From Octopus vulgaris (Eukaryota), in contig OX597827.1 of assembly GCA_951406725.2 (NCBI GenBank), positions 18,662,001 through 18,726,000 on the forward strand: a DNA stretch of 64,000 nt, read 5' to 3'. Positions 13,396-26,819 of this stretch are shown here, piece by piece (positions within the stretch are counted from its first letter, which is position 1; every line of letters starts with the position of its first letter). Under the pieces are notes generated by a model, which was not told the origin of the DNA, made no database searches, and worked only from the letters and a program-made list of their open reading frames with translations. The translations under genes were made by a program, and so were the position numbers.

Positions 13396-13894
13396 ATGAT
13401 GTGGTGATGGTGGTGGTGGTGATGATGGCTGTAGTCATGAAAATGATGATGATGACAGTAGCGATGCTGCTGCTGCTGTTGCTGATGATGATGATGGTGA
13501 TGATGACGACGACGATGAGAATAATTGTGACCGCGATGGGGGACGTTGTACTGGCGATGATGGAAGTATTGCTGAAGATACGGGTAGCATATGGGTGAGA
13601 GCTGGTTGTGACGGTGGTGGTGTTGGTGACGGCTGTGGTGGTGATGGTGGTGTGTCGTTGATGAAGTTGGTAGACAACACGAATTACCACTCATTACGAG
13701 ATATCTGTACAGACACACCACCACCACTACCACCACCATCACCACCATCACCACCACCACAGCCATCACCAACACCATCACCACCACCTCGTTTATCATG
13801 TCCGAGGCTTTAGGTATACATTTTTCTTCCCTAAATTAATCCTGCCACATTAATAGCAAAAGGAAACAATGTAATTATTCAATATCTTGTATTC

Positions 13895-14111
13895 TCTCTT
13901 TACTCTTTTACTTGTTTCAATCATTTGACTGCGGCCATGCTGGAGCACCGCCTTTAATTGAGCAACTCGACCCCGGGACTTATTCTTTGTAAGCGTAGTA
14001 CTTATTCTATCGGTCTCTTTTGCCGAACCGCTAAGTAACGGGGACATAAACACACCAGCATCGGTTGTCAAGCAATGCTAGGGGACAAACACACTCACAC
14101 AAACACACACA

Positions 14112-14153
<42 letters not shown>

Positions 14154-14311
14154 TACGACGGGCTTCTTTCAGTTTCTGTCTACCAAATCCACTCACAAGG
14201 CTTTGGTCGGCCCGAGGCTATAGTAGAAGACACCTGCCCAAGGTGCCACGCAGTGCGAGGCTGGAACTCCGGTTGTTAAGCAAGCTACTTACCACTATTA
14301 CTCCTGCGCCT
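13895..14311 (-). mobile_element. SINE family A
   Basis: Near full-length match to family consensus seen in the window. Confidence 0.9.
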
Positions 14312-14799
14312 ATTGATGAAAATTTGCTAAAAAAATTATGGTTTACCATTTATTTTGGAAATCTATTCGGTCGTCTGTTTCTGGGGGAAGCGGCTTATTT
14401 CAAATTGAAATACCTGTTCCACTCTCTCAATTTGGATATATCTGGAATTAAAGCCTCCACTAACCACCGTACCGGGCGGTACTGCATAATATCAAAGATC
14501 TCGTTTTCTTCATCTCGGATAAGGACCCAGTACTGCAACGGATTGGATTTTAGAGGACCACAACTATCAAACTTCCTCTCGAACAATCTCAGAGATTTGC
14601 GAGGTGTAGATGTGGAAAAAGCACCTGGACAGATTTCTGTCTGAAATCTCAGATAAACCTACATTGCATCAGGAGGTGCAAAAAAGAGCACCTCCATCCA
14701 ACTCGCTTCTTCGCCATAAACAGTAAAGAAAGGAAACCACAGAACACCGGAAGGTGGTGCTCCAGCGTGGCCTCATTTAAAGAATAAAGGAATAAAAGA

Positions 14800-14842
<43 letters not shown>

Positions 14843-14843
<1 letters not shown>

Positions 14844-15080
14844 TCTTTTACTTGTTTCAGTCATTTTGACTGAGGCCATGCTGGAGTGCCGTCTTGAAAG
14901 GCTCTAGTGGAACAAATCGATTCCAGGACGTATTTCTTAGGCCCAGTACTTATTCTATCGGTCTTTCACCGAACTGCTAAGTTACGGGGACGTAAATACA
15001 TCAACACTTGTTGTCAGCGGTGATGGTGGGGGAATAAACACTCAAAGATACACACAGAGACAGATGCACACACATATGTG

Positions 15081-15145
<65 letters not shown>

Positions 15146-15192
15146 CTACATATATATATATATAGAGAGAGAGAGATGTATCTATATAAATA

Positions 15193-15249
<57 letters not shown>

Positions 15250-15298
15250 GTATGTATATATACATGCATATATGTAGAGAGATATAGATAGATATATG

Positions 15299-15368
<70 letters not shown>

Positions 15369-15444
15369 TATATATGTATGTATGTATGTATGTATCTATC
15401 TCTCTCTATATATATATGTATGTATGTATGTATATATACATGCA

Positions 15445-15499
<55 letters not shown>

Positions 15500-15503
15500 A
15501 TGA

Positions 15504-15538
<35 letters not shown>

Positions 15539-15562
15539 TGTATCTATCTATCTATCTATCTA

Positions 15563-15599
<37 letters not shown>

Positions 15600-15871
15600 C
15601 GGCCTGCTCGCTTAGCCAGCGGGGTGGCGTCATTCGAAGGCTAAAACAATGCGAACGCATTGTGATGGTCTGGTCGGTCACGTGATCACGTGAGATATAT
15701 ATATATATATAGGCTTCTTTCAGTTTCAGCCTACCATATCTACTCACAAGGCTTCGGTCGAACCGAGGCTATAGTAGAAGACACTTGCCCAAAGTGCCAC
15801 GCAGTGGGACTGAACCTTGAACCATGTGGTTGGGAAGCAAGTTGTTTTGTTTTTGCCACACAGCCACGTCT
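14843..15871 (-). mobile_element. SINE family A copy split by an expanded internal microsatellite and a nested short repeat
   Basis: Tail half 14843-15060 and head half 15710-15871 in the correct order and orientation, ~650 bp of simple repeat between them. Confidence 0.7.
15600..15694 (+). repeat. Short dispersed repeat ending in TCACGTGATCACGTGA, inserted in (TA)n
   Basis: Second, longer copy at 16933-17050; both flanked by TA repeats. Confidence 0.8.
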
Positions 15872-16560
15872 ATATCCCTCACTCTTTTTTCTCTCCTCAA
15901 CAACTTCAGACCTCAGACCTCAGACCTCAGAAAAGCCAGATCGTCTGGAAACTGACTCTCTTCTGACGCTCAACTCATCAATAGGTTCTTGTCCCCGAGG
16001 ATTTTTATAAAAGCAGCTTCGGGGGTTTTTTTTTCGGTGACAGAAAAGCAAACAAAACCCCCACCTCTAAATCTTGAACAGGAATCTGTCTGCAAAACTG
16101 GCCAACTATAGGCTCCATCCTTCTCCCCCCACCAACCGACAAACACCGGATACATATGGCAAAAGACACTCGCCCTACGTATTGCGCATTGAGATAATAA
16201 AAAACCCGGAACCTGGAGGTTACAAAGCGAATTTTCTCTTCACACGTGTGTACTCAGTATTGTAATCATAGTGATTGTTTTTGAAAAAAAAAAAAACGCT
16301 TACTCGGGTAGATCACGTGACAGTAAGAAAAAAAAAATAATACATAAATTATGAGTATGTATTTGCTGCAAAATTTATTTTTTATAGAAGGATGTGAATT
16401 TTGAGGAAGGGCACAGGAGTCGATTAAATCCACATTGCTAATTTATTTTCGTTAGCTTCTAGCCATCCAATTGGTGAGAAATTATGTCGGTGGTAACGTG
16501 TTTCCGATAGACGATTCACTGGTTCGCTGCTTGTGAGACGGCGACAGTAAGAAGGAAGGG

Positions 16561-16613
<53 letters not shown>

Positions 16614-16747
16614 ACATAACAGGAAACAGGATAAAATTTCCGATGGCGAGAGAGTGATAAGGAACTGTCTGATGTACCTCGACCGGAATAATTACTGCAG
16701 GGTACTTTTGCTGGAAATCACGAATTCCCCTCTATTTTCTGCTTGAG

Positions 16748-16807
<60 letters not shown>

Positions 16808-16932
16808 CAGACATATACAGACACAGACACTCACACACACGCACTCACACACACACACACACACACACATATTAGATATATATATATAATGCATATGTAT
16901 ATATATATGTATGTATAATATACATATATATT

Positions 16933-17049
16933 GGCCTGCTCGCTTAGCCAGCGGGGTGGCGTCATTTGAAAGCTAAAACAATGCGAAGCGCATTGTGACC
17001 AGCGATGTGTAGCAACATCTGATAGCCTGGTCGGTCACGTGATCACGTG

Positions 17050-17050
<1 letters not shown>
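16933..17050 (+). repeat. Short dispersed repeat ending in TCACGTGATCACGTGA, inserted in (TA)n
   Basis: GGCCTGCTCGCTTAGCCAGCGGGGTGGCGTCATT... identical start to the 15600 copy. Confidence 0.8.
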
Positions 17051-17100
<50 letters not shown>

Positions 17101-17449
17101 CACATATACACACATGTAATTGTAAATGTCTGAGTATATATGCACACACACACATACATATGCATATACGTACACATATATACTTAAATAGATATACATT
17201 TAAGAATATGTGTGCATATATACCCGAGTGTATACACGTACACGTATACGTACATATATAAATACATGCGGTTGCCTAAAATCAAGAACTGTATATACAT
17301 ACATACATACATACATACATACATACATACATACATACATACATACATACATACATACATACATACATACATACATACACACATACATATAGATATATAT
17401 GTATATGAATACATATATATATATATATATGTACGTGTATCTGTGTTTA

Positions 17450-17490
<41 letters not shown>

Positions 17491-17746
17491 GGGACTTAGT
17501 AGGGTCGGGGTGATCGCATTTATATTTACGTTTACGCTTACGTTGTCGCAACCAATGCTCTTTATCTTCGTATATTCCACTCTTATTGTCCCACAACTAG
17601 AAGCTCGACAAATAGCGATCGATATACATATACACATACATACACACATACATACATACATACATACATACATACATACATACATACATACATACATACA
17701 TACATACATACATACATACATACATACATACATACATACATACATA

Positions 17747-17797
<51 letters not shown>

Positions 17798-17933
17798 CAC
17801 GTACTGGGCTTTTATTTTTGATCGGCTAAAACCTTGAGAACAATGATCCAGAATGGGCGCCGTCTAATGACGGAACCCATCGAAAGAACAAAAGAACAAA
17901 AGAATAGACATTCATTTATAAATACAAACATAC

Positions 17934-17980
<47 letters not shown>

Positions 17981-18040
17981 AATATATATATATATATATA
18001 TGTATGTATATGTATGTATGCATTTATATTTACTGATGTA

Positions 18041-18109
<69 letters not shown>

Positions 18110-18452
18110 GTATGTCATATTATGTATATATATACATACACATACATATGAACATTCTATTATTTATTTTATTACATTTAGCTATTTGTGCCACCCAGTG
18201 TAAGATGGCGTCGCTATTGAAACACAGCGGGACAGTGACGCCACTCCGTTTCGTATTATACAGGCGGCGGGCGTTGCGTTGCACTTTTCGTCACTTACAC
18301 AGCACATACGTACGTGCACTTTATCCAACATACACACGTACACACACACTCTTGCTCGCACATGCGCACACACATACACAAACACACACACAAACGCACA
18401 CATAATACACATATACGTATTCGTACACTACTTCATATCTGAATATATATTC

Positions 18453-18497
<45 letters not shown>

Positions 18498-18512
18498 CAA
18501 TATTGTGTATGT

Positions 18513-18562
<50 letters not shown>

Positions 18563-18707
18563 TGAAGTGGAATTTTTATTGTTCGTCCTCATGTTCTAGG
18601 CTTTGTTGTTTGTTGGACTTTTTTTCACGCACCTACAATTCTACAATTTTTGTACGTTTTCCGTGAGTGCGTGCGTATGTGTGTGTTTGTCTATGTATGC
18701 ATATATG

Positions 18708-18785
<78 letters not shown>

Positions 18786-18909
18786 CATATATATATATAT
18801 GCCTATATATATGTGTATATGTGTGTTTGTATGCATGTATAAATAATATATATATATATATTATATATGTGTCTAACTATCTATCTATATCTATATTTAT
18901 CTATTATAT

Positions 18910-18945
<36 letters not shown>

Positions 18946-19216
18946 ACATATGTATACATATATGTATGTATACAAATATATATAAATGTATATGTAATGT
19001 ATAAATGTATATGTACACATACACATACACACACACACACAGACACACATATATATATATATCCACACAAGCACCCAACGAATATATATGCGTGTGTATG
19101 TATATATATATGCAATATATGCATGTGTTTATATATTGTTTATATACACATATGTTTGTGCGTATGTTTATAAATGTGATTGTTTCTGTATAAACTATAT
19201 ATATATATATATATAC

Positions 19217-19255
<39 letters not shown>

Positions 19256-20051
19256 CGTGTGTGTTTGGTGTTTGTTGTTGTTGTTGTTATTGTTGTTTTT
19301 CTTATTACTATTGTTATTAACCTTATTGTTTACGATTTTTTCACGCGTCTTTGTTGATGCGTCGTATAATCCCCTACATTCGTATTTATATACATACGTA
19401 TGTTGATATGCGTGTATAAATATCTGTATCTACGTACATATGAATGTATTCACGTGCGTATAAATGGAAGCAGTAAGAAAGATATATTTCAATACTTAGA
19501 CACACTCACACACACACACACATACACACACAAACACACACACATATACATATATACATACACACACATAAATGCATATATAAATGCATATGTGTGTGTA
19601 TGAGTTTGTGTGTGTGTGTTTTCCTAGGTATGACATTTAACTGCATCCGGTCCTGAAGTTCCATTTCAGGAGTTCCAGCGTTGTGGGACCCTGAAGTCAC
19701 ACCTTACCTCTTCTCCCTGGTCCATTCTGACCTGGAACGACTGTACATGTCAGTGTCACGTTTATGGGTTAAAGAGATCTCCCAAACGTAGGGGAGTCTT
19801 CTGTGGTTTATGAGGATGCCCTGGGGGAAGGAAACTTTTCAGAGAAAAATATTCTGACAAAAAAACTTACAATCAAAATAGAATATGTCGTACCAATCGT
19901 CTTACAATGCCTGTCACTAGAACCTATTATCACAAGTTTTATACAAGATTCTGTCGCTTGAATCCAATGGCGTACAGATGTATCACTATTATTTCTGAAA
20001 GTGAGACGGCTATCGTCTGACAAGATGACGCAATCATCATATACTCTTTTT

Positions 20052-20465
20052 TTTCTTTTACTCTTTTACTTGTTTCAGTCATTTGACTGCGGCCATGCTG
20101 GAGCACCGCCTTTAGTCGAGCAAATCGACCCCGTGAGTTATTCTTTGTAAGCCCAGTACTTATTCTATCGGTCTCTTTTGCCGAACCGCTAAGTTACGGG
20201 GACGTAAACACACCAGCATCGGTTGTCAAGCAATGCTAGGGGGACAAACACAGACACACAAACACACACACGCACATATATATATATATATACATATATA
20301 CGACGGGCTTCTTTTCAGTTTCCGTCTACCAAATCCACTCACAAGGCTTTGGTCAGCCCGAGGCGATAGTAGAAGACACTTGCCCAAGGTGCCACGCAGT
20401 GGGACTGAACCCGGAACCATGTGGTTGGTAAACAAGCTACTTACCACACAGCCACTCCTGCGCCT
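20052..20465 (-). mobile_element. SINE family A, full length
   Basis: Head-to-tail match to family. Confidence 0.92.
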
Positions 20466-20481
20466 ATATATATATATATAT

Positions 20482-20715
20482 GAAACCATAGCGACTGAAG
20501 AAGGGTTTTTTCTTTGTGTTAATTGTCCTGTACTCTATTTTTTTGTTGTTTTAAAAAAAATGTCCAGTTCCTTTGGTTTGTGTCTATGTTTTCGTTTCTC
20601 ATTGTGTTCGACGTCCTTTTGGTGTCCTGTACTCATATATGCGTGTATATGTACATGTAGAGGTAGGTACGTACATATATGTTTATATATATGCATATGT
20701 TTTATTTTATTTATT
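20482..20715 (+). repeat. Dispersed repeat in (TA)n, inverted homolog at 27300-27545
   Basis: CTGAAGAAGGG...TTTTCGTTTCTCAT...TTTTGGTGTCCTGTA shared in reverse complement with 27300-27545. Confidence 0.75.
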
Positions 20716-20781
20716 AATATATATATATATATATATATATGCATGTATGTATGTATGCATGTATGTAATATATATATATGC

Positions 20782-20838
<57 letters not shown>

Positions 20839-20849
20839 CATATATATTT

Positions 20850-20925
<76 letters not shown>

Positions 20926-21323
20926 CAATCCTCTCTCAAAAGGCAGTACTGGTCGGTCAAGGGCTATACCAGACGATAGCTGCCCAAGATAGAGTGCAGT
21001 AACCTGACTCACCGCGTTGCGAAACGTTAGCTGGAGATGCCCTCTCATCAGCCAGGTAGCCATAAGGCATTTAGTTTCGATACTGGAAAATATGTCTCAG
21101 CCTCTTTTCTAAAGGAAGCAGAGAATACAATTATCAGTAAAGTACAATACAGAACAGTTAGAGTTAAACCACAGAGGACAATGACAAGTGAACAGACTGA
21201 AATACTAAAGAGAAAGAAAAACATTTACAAAGTAGAACGAGTCAATTAAAAATGAATACTGTTCTTAGACGAAGTTCTGGTGTGTGTGTGTGCAATCACA
21301 GATATGTATATGCACACACATAC

Positions 21324-21376
<53 letters not shown>

Positions 21377-21417
21377 TGTGTGTACATACGTATATAACGT
21401 ATATATATATATATATG

Positions 21418-21458
<41 letters not shown>

Positions 21459-21594
21459 GTATGTATATATAAATATATATGTGTATACATATATATATAT
21501 ATATACATACGTATATATATGCATACGTTTACATATACATACATATATACATGTATTTATATATATATACATATTTGTATATGCATGTATATAC

Positions 21595-21660
<66 letters not shown>

Positions 21661-22004
21661 ATAGCTATACTTACATACGTACATATTCACACACACACGT
21701 ACTTACACCACAAACGTCTATGTAATATATATGATATATTTTATCCATCTGTATTTACTGATTAATTCACAATTTTTGACTCAACACCGTTTTTTGTTTC
21801 AAACAGTGGTTGTCTATCAAACACTTAACTACACAAACTCCTACACACACACACAGATCAAATATATACACACACACACAAAGCATTTATCTACACACCC
21901 ACACACCTACACCTATTCGTGTATACATACATGCGTAACTACATACACACGCATACAGAGATATGCAAAATTAAGAACGAAAATAATATAATATTGATAT
22001 CAAT

Positions 22005-22049
<45 letters not shown>

Positions 22050-22235
22050 TATATATACACACACACACCACATTCGTACGCGCATTCATCCTGACGCATA
22101 CCTACATACATACCCATATATAGCAACGTACGCTTTGCAAGACTTCAGAATCACGACTCCGGATAGCAGACGTAATTAAGCAAGAAAACCAATGAGAAAT
22201 GAACAATAATGGCCTTTTATCTCGAGATAAACATA

Positions 22236-22403
22236 TACTCTTTACTCTTTTACTCTTTTACTTGTTTCAGTCATTTGACTGCGGCCATGCTGGAGCACCG
22301 CCTTTAGTCGAGCAAATCGACCCCGGTGAGCTAAGTGACGGGGACGTAAACACACCAGCATCGGTTGTCAAGCAATGCTAGGGGGACAAACACAGACACA
22401 AAA

Positions 22404-22466
<63 letters not shown>

Positions 22467-22633
22467 TATGACAGGCTTCTTTCAGTTTCCGTCTACCAAA
22501 TCCACTCACAAGGCATTGGTTGGCCCGGGGCTATAGCAGAAGACACTTGCCCAAGATGCCACGCAGTGGGACTGAACCCAAAACTATGTGGTTGGTTAGC
22601 AAGCTACTTACCACACAGCCACTCCTGCGCCTA
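22236..22633 (-). mobile_element. SINE family A with internal deletion
   Basis: Match to family. Confidence 0.88.
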
Positions 22634-22898
22634 TAAAATATAAATTTTTATATATAAATTTTTATGTAGGTATCATATATACATACATATACGTGCACAC
22701 AGCTACAGCTTTTATCTATTACGCGTTTCTATAATTTGGATTGTGACACCTTCAAAGCGGTGGCCACTTTGAATTCACTCACACGGCATTGGTCGGTCCG
22801 GGGTTGTAATGGAAGACACTTGTCCAAGGCGCTGCGCAGTGGGACTAAATCCGAAGCTATGTGCTTACACACACACACACACACACGCACATACACAA

Positions 22899-23287
22899 TG
22901 TAGAGGCGCATGGCCTAGTCGTTAGAGCAGCGGACTCGCGGTCGAGGGATCGCGGGTTCGAATCTCTGACCGGACGATGTTTTTGTTTATGAGCGAAAAC
23001 ACCTAAGCTCCACGCGGCTCCGGCAGATGGTAATGGCGAAACTTCTGCTGACTCTTTCGCCACAACTTTCTGTGTGTTTGTGTGTCTGTTTTTGTCCCCC
23101 TAGCATTGCTTGACAACCGATGCTGGTGTGTTTACGTCCCCGTCACACTAGCTGTTCGGCAAAAGAGACCGATAGAATAAGTACTTGGCTTACAAAGAAT
23201 AAGTACCGGGGTCAATTTGCTCGACTAAAGGCGGTGCTCCAGCATGGCCGCAGTCAAATGACTGAAACAAATAAAAGAGTAAAAGAG

Positions 23288-23288
<1 letters not shown>
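22899..23288 (+). mobile_element. Chimera: 5' part of tRNA-derived SINE family D joined to the 3' half of SINE family A
   Basis: 22899-23070 matches 41125-41440 (reverse); 23071-23288 matches the family A tail half. Confidence 0.8.
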
Positions 23289-23361
<73 letters not shown>

Positions 23362-23478
23362 TACCGCGGTCGATTCATTCGACAAAAATTCTTCAAGGCA
23401 GTGTCTCATATGTTTGTTTGCTCACTGAATTGTATCTATCCATCTATCTTTCTGTTTATATATATATATATAAGTGAA

Positions 23479-23814
23479 GGCGCATGGCTCAGTGGTTAGA
23501 GCGTCGAGCTTACGATCGTGAGGTTGTGAGCTCGAATCCCGGACCGGGCTGCGTGTTGTGTTCTTGAGCAAAGCACTTTATTTCACGTTGCTCCAGTTCA
23601 CTCAGCTGTAGAAATGAGTTGCGACGTCACTGGTGCCAAGCTGTATCGACCTTTGTCTTTCCCTTGGATAACACTGGTGGTGTGGAGAGGGGAGGCTGGT
23701 ATGCATGGGCGACTGCTGGTCTTCCATAAACAACCTTGCCCGGACTTGTGTCTAGGAGGGTAACTCTCTAGGTGCAATCCCATGGTCATTCATGACCGAA
23801 GGGGGTCTTTACCC

Positions 23815-23818
<4 letters not shown>
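23479..23818 (+). mobile_element. tRNA-derived CORE-like SINE family C
   Basis: A box TGGCTCAGTGG, B box GCTCGAATCCC, CORE-like TGTGTTCTTGAGCAAAGCACTTTA; copies at 32214, 35095 and 63600. Confidence 0.87.
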
Positions 23819-23913
<95 letters not shown>

Positions 23914-23929
23914 ATTAAATGGTGGGGTT

Positions 23930-26173
23930 GTGTTGACACCCACCCCAAGAACACCCAACGCCCCGGAGATCAAGGATGACGTTTCTGAATTCTGCAGAAA
24001 ACTTCGTTTAACAGAAGCTTTGACAGATCTCAACAATGGGGACGATTCATTGATCAAAATTAAAAGCAACTTCCTACCATCAAAAGGGAGAAATAAAACA
24101 CTGGACGATTTTTGCAAACACATCCAGAGTCTCCCCTTTACCCCAAGCAAAACCAAGGTAAAATCCAATTTCAGTAAGGAAGAATGGAAAAACCTACGTG
24201 ACATACAACTAGATAAAAACCTTACCATCAAAGAAGCTGACAAAGGGAGCGCTGTGGTCCTTATGGACACGGAATTTTATAAACACCTAGTGCTTTCCAT
24301 GCTAAACAATAACACTTTCTATGAGGTTATTAACAACTATAAACAGCAAAAAACAATCAGAAACCTCACCACGCTCATACTCCAACACGGTCAGGGACTC
24401 ACAGAAAAAGAAAGGGATTATATCACCAATTTCAAATGCAAGCCCAGCCTTTTTTATGGCCTTCCTAAAATCCATAAAAACAAATACATCACCGAAGCCT
24501 GCAAACTCTCCTCTGACATCCACATCAACATCAAAGCACCGGAGGACCTAAAACTAAGGCCCATCGTGGCTGGCACCTCCTGTGAAACTCACCGCCTGAG
24601 TAATTTCCTAGACATCCTTTTGAAACCTTTCCTTACCCACATCAAAAGTTTCATTAGGGATGATCTGGACATGCTCAAACACCTCCCGAAAACAGTTAAC
24701 GAGGAGGCGCTCCTGGTATCCTTTGATGTCATCAACCTCTACACCAACATCCCACCTGAATATGGTATAGAGGCAATTGATTTCTGGCTAGAAAAACACC
24801 CAGAGACATTCCCTGACCGCATTCACAAGACCTTTATTACAGAATCACTCAAGTTCATTCTGACAAACAATTTTTTTCTCTTCGACAACACACACTACCG
24901 TCAAAAATGTGGTATTGCAATGGGTACCAAGGCTGCACCAGTCCTTGCGAATCTCATAATGGGTTTCTTCGAACTATCACTCTATGAGATATCACGCCAG
25001 AAATTTGGACATGTTTTCCACACCTACCTAATGGAAAACTGGAAAAGGTATTTGGATGATTGTTTCATCATATGGAAAGAACCTTATGCAAAACTTCTGG
25101 AATTCAAAACCATACTGAACAACATACATCCCAACATCCAATTCACTATGGAATTAAGCAAACATCATCTCCCTTTCCTTGATCTCCTAATTATAAAAAC
25201 ACCTAAGAACCAAATCATAACAGACATCTACCACAAACCTACAGACTCACAACAATACCTCCTCTTTAGTTCATGCCACCCAAAACACACCAAGACAAAT
25301 ATCCCTTTCAACTTAGCTAAAAGGGTATGCAACATTGTCTCGGATCCAAAAACACGAGAAATACGCCTTCAAGACCTCAAAAAAACACTATTACAACGCC
25401 AATATCCCTCCACCCTTATAGAGTATGGAATAAAACGCGCCAAAGAACTAGACAACATTACACTGAAAACCACCCAACCTAACACCACACACAACCCCAA
25501 AATACTTCCATACATTTCCACCCACAACCCCAAAAATATCGAAGCATACACCACAATCATACAAAACCTCAGTCTACTGTCAACAGACCCAAAAATGAAA
25601 AACATTATAAATACACACAAAATCCTCAAATGTAAAAGGCAACACAAATATTTAAAAAAACTCTTGACAAATGCCAAACTTCACACACCACATCCACCCC
25701 CAGCAGTTAAAAAATGTGCACGCCCAAACTGTGGTACCTGCCCCTTCCTACTTGAAGGCTCTGAATTTACCTTCAAACAAGGAACGAAGTTTAAAATCAA
25801 GACTAACTTCTCCTGTTCCTCCGAGAACCTTATCTACGTTCTCACATGCGCTGGTTGCCAACATAATTATGTTGGACAAACGAGTCTCCCGTTACGTAAA
25901 CGAGTAGCGGTGCATAAAGAACAAATAAATCTCCCGGAATACCGACAAATTCCACTGAGTGACCACATAGACTCATGCGCTAAAGACATAAATCCCAAAT
26001 TCTACACATTCCCCTTCTACCAATGTAAAGACCGGATCACCACACAGGAGAGAATTAACAAGGAGAATCTCTTTATTGAAAAATTCAAAACACAATTAAT
26101 ATGCAAACTCCTCGTTGATCATACTTCCTTTTTCTACCTCATTCTTCATGGATGGACTAACACAAATATATAA
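23930..26173 (+). CDS. Penelope-like element (Neptune-type) polyprotein: reverse transcriptase + Cys-rich linker + GIY-YIG endonuclease, 5'-truncated
   Basis: 747 open codons: ADKGSAVV, YGLPKIHK, LRPIV, SFDVINLYTNIP, GIAMGT, RYLDD, LPFLD, YHKPT, SCHP, CARPNCGTC, LIYVLTC..C...YVGQT...RVAVH; no native ATG; element 23911-26908 has TA/GA microsatellite at both ends. Confidence 0.95.
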   Translation: MLTPTPRTPNAPEIKDDVSEFCRKLRLTEALTDLNNGDDSLIKIKSNFLPSKGRNKTLDDFCKHIQSLPFTPSKTKVKSNFSKEEWKNLRDIQLDKNLTIKEADKGSAVVLMDTEFYKHLVLSMLNNNTFYEVINNYKQQKTIRNLTTLILQHGQGLTEKERDYITNFKCKPSLFYGLPKIHKNKYITEACKLSSDIHINIKAPEDLKLRPIVAGTSCETHRLSNFLDILLKPFLTHIKSFIRDDLDMLKHLPKTVNEEALLVSFDVINLYTNIPPEYGIEAIDFWLEKHPETFPDRIHKTFITESLKFILTNNFFLFDNTHYRQKCGIAMGTKAAPVLANLIMGFFELSLYEISRQKFGHVFHTYLMENWKRYLDDCFIIWKEPYAKLLEFKTILNNIHPNIQFTMELSKHHLPFLDLLIIKTPKNQIITDIYHKPTDSQQYLLFSSCHPKHTKTNIPFNLAKRVCNIVSDPKTREIRLQDLKKTLLQRQYPSTLIEYGIKRAKELDNITLKTTQPNTTHNPKILPYISTHNPKNIEAYTTIIQNLSLLSTDPKMKNIINTHKILKCKRQHKYLKKLLTNAKLHTPHPPPAVKKCARPNCGTCPFLLEGSEFTFKQGTKFKIKTNFSCSSENLIYVLTCAGCQHNYVGQTSLPLRKRVAVHKEQINLPEYRQIPLSDHIDSCAKDINPKFYTFPFYQCKDRITTQERINKENLFIEKFKTQLICKLLVDHTSFFYLILHGWTNTNI

Positions 26174-26779
26174 GGATACCATGCATTCATCACTTCAAGC
26201 TAAAACTTATTTTCTTTAAATATCATTTTTACTATTGTTGTTATTACTATCATTTTTATTATATATGACATAACAATCTGAAATGTAATTATAAATTGGT
26301 TTATGCAAATTTATATAATTAGAAAATAATAAATAAAGTGTTAAAATCTGAATGTTAAGTTAACAAACAATTATATAAAAAAGATAATGCAAATGAAGCT
26401 AAAATGATAATTTTATAATTTAAGGTCTATTAACCCCCTTTATTACAAAAATTGATAGACACAAATTGAAGAACTCAAAAGAGTTGTCTCCCCTTATTCA
26501 CAACACAGGAACTGAAGAACTACAATTACTACTACTTCCTGTTTTGCCAACACCCTTAATTAAACTAAACAACACATGGTTTTAATCCCATTGGATCCTA
26601 ATACTTCAAGGTAATTTTTTCGTGAACAATCATTAAACTCAAGATACACAAAGAATTCACAATGTATCGGAGTACTTATTTTTTAATTTTTGTACATATT
26701 TATTATTATTCTTTTGCAAAAAACAATGCAATTTTCTTTTTTCCCCTTTCTCACTTTAAAAAAAAAATTTTACCTTACC

Positions 26780-26819
26780 ATTCTTGAAAAGTCACATTAT
26801 GACGAAAACTGGTTTGAAT
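26780..26819 (+). ncRNA. Type I hammerhead ribozyme motif (U3-A8 core variant) in Penelope 3' UTR
   Basis: ATTC-TTGAAAA-GTCA-CATTA-TGAC-GAAA-ACTGGT-TT-GAAT: stem I ATTC/GAAT, stem II GTCA/TGAC, short stem III. Confidence 0.65.

Noticed and set aside
14320-14720. Minus-strand 63-aa ORF (14395-14586) as a host exon
   Set aside because: No recognisable domain or splice context; sits between SINEs and is probably a TE fragment; cannot be assigned
15880-16300. GC-richer stretch that might be a retroelement UTR or ORF1 piece
   Set aside because: No motif or second copy to support a call
20995-21062. GAAACGTT on plus and CTGATGAGAG on minus as a hammerhead
   Set aside because: The two core halves are on opposite strands, so no single-strand fold can be built
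22899-23550. tRNA-like A/B boxes at 22905 and 23479 as tRNA genes
   Set aside because: They continue into conserved SINE bodies seen elsewhere in the window and lack a proper acceptor stem
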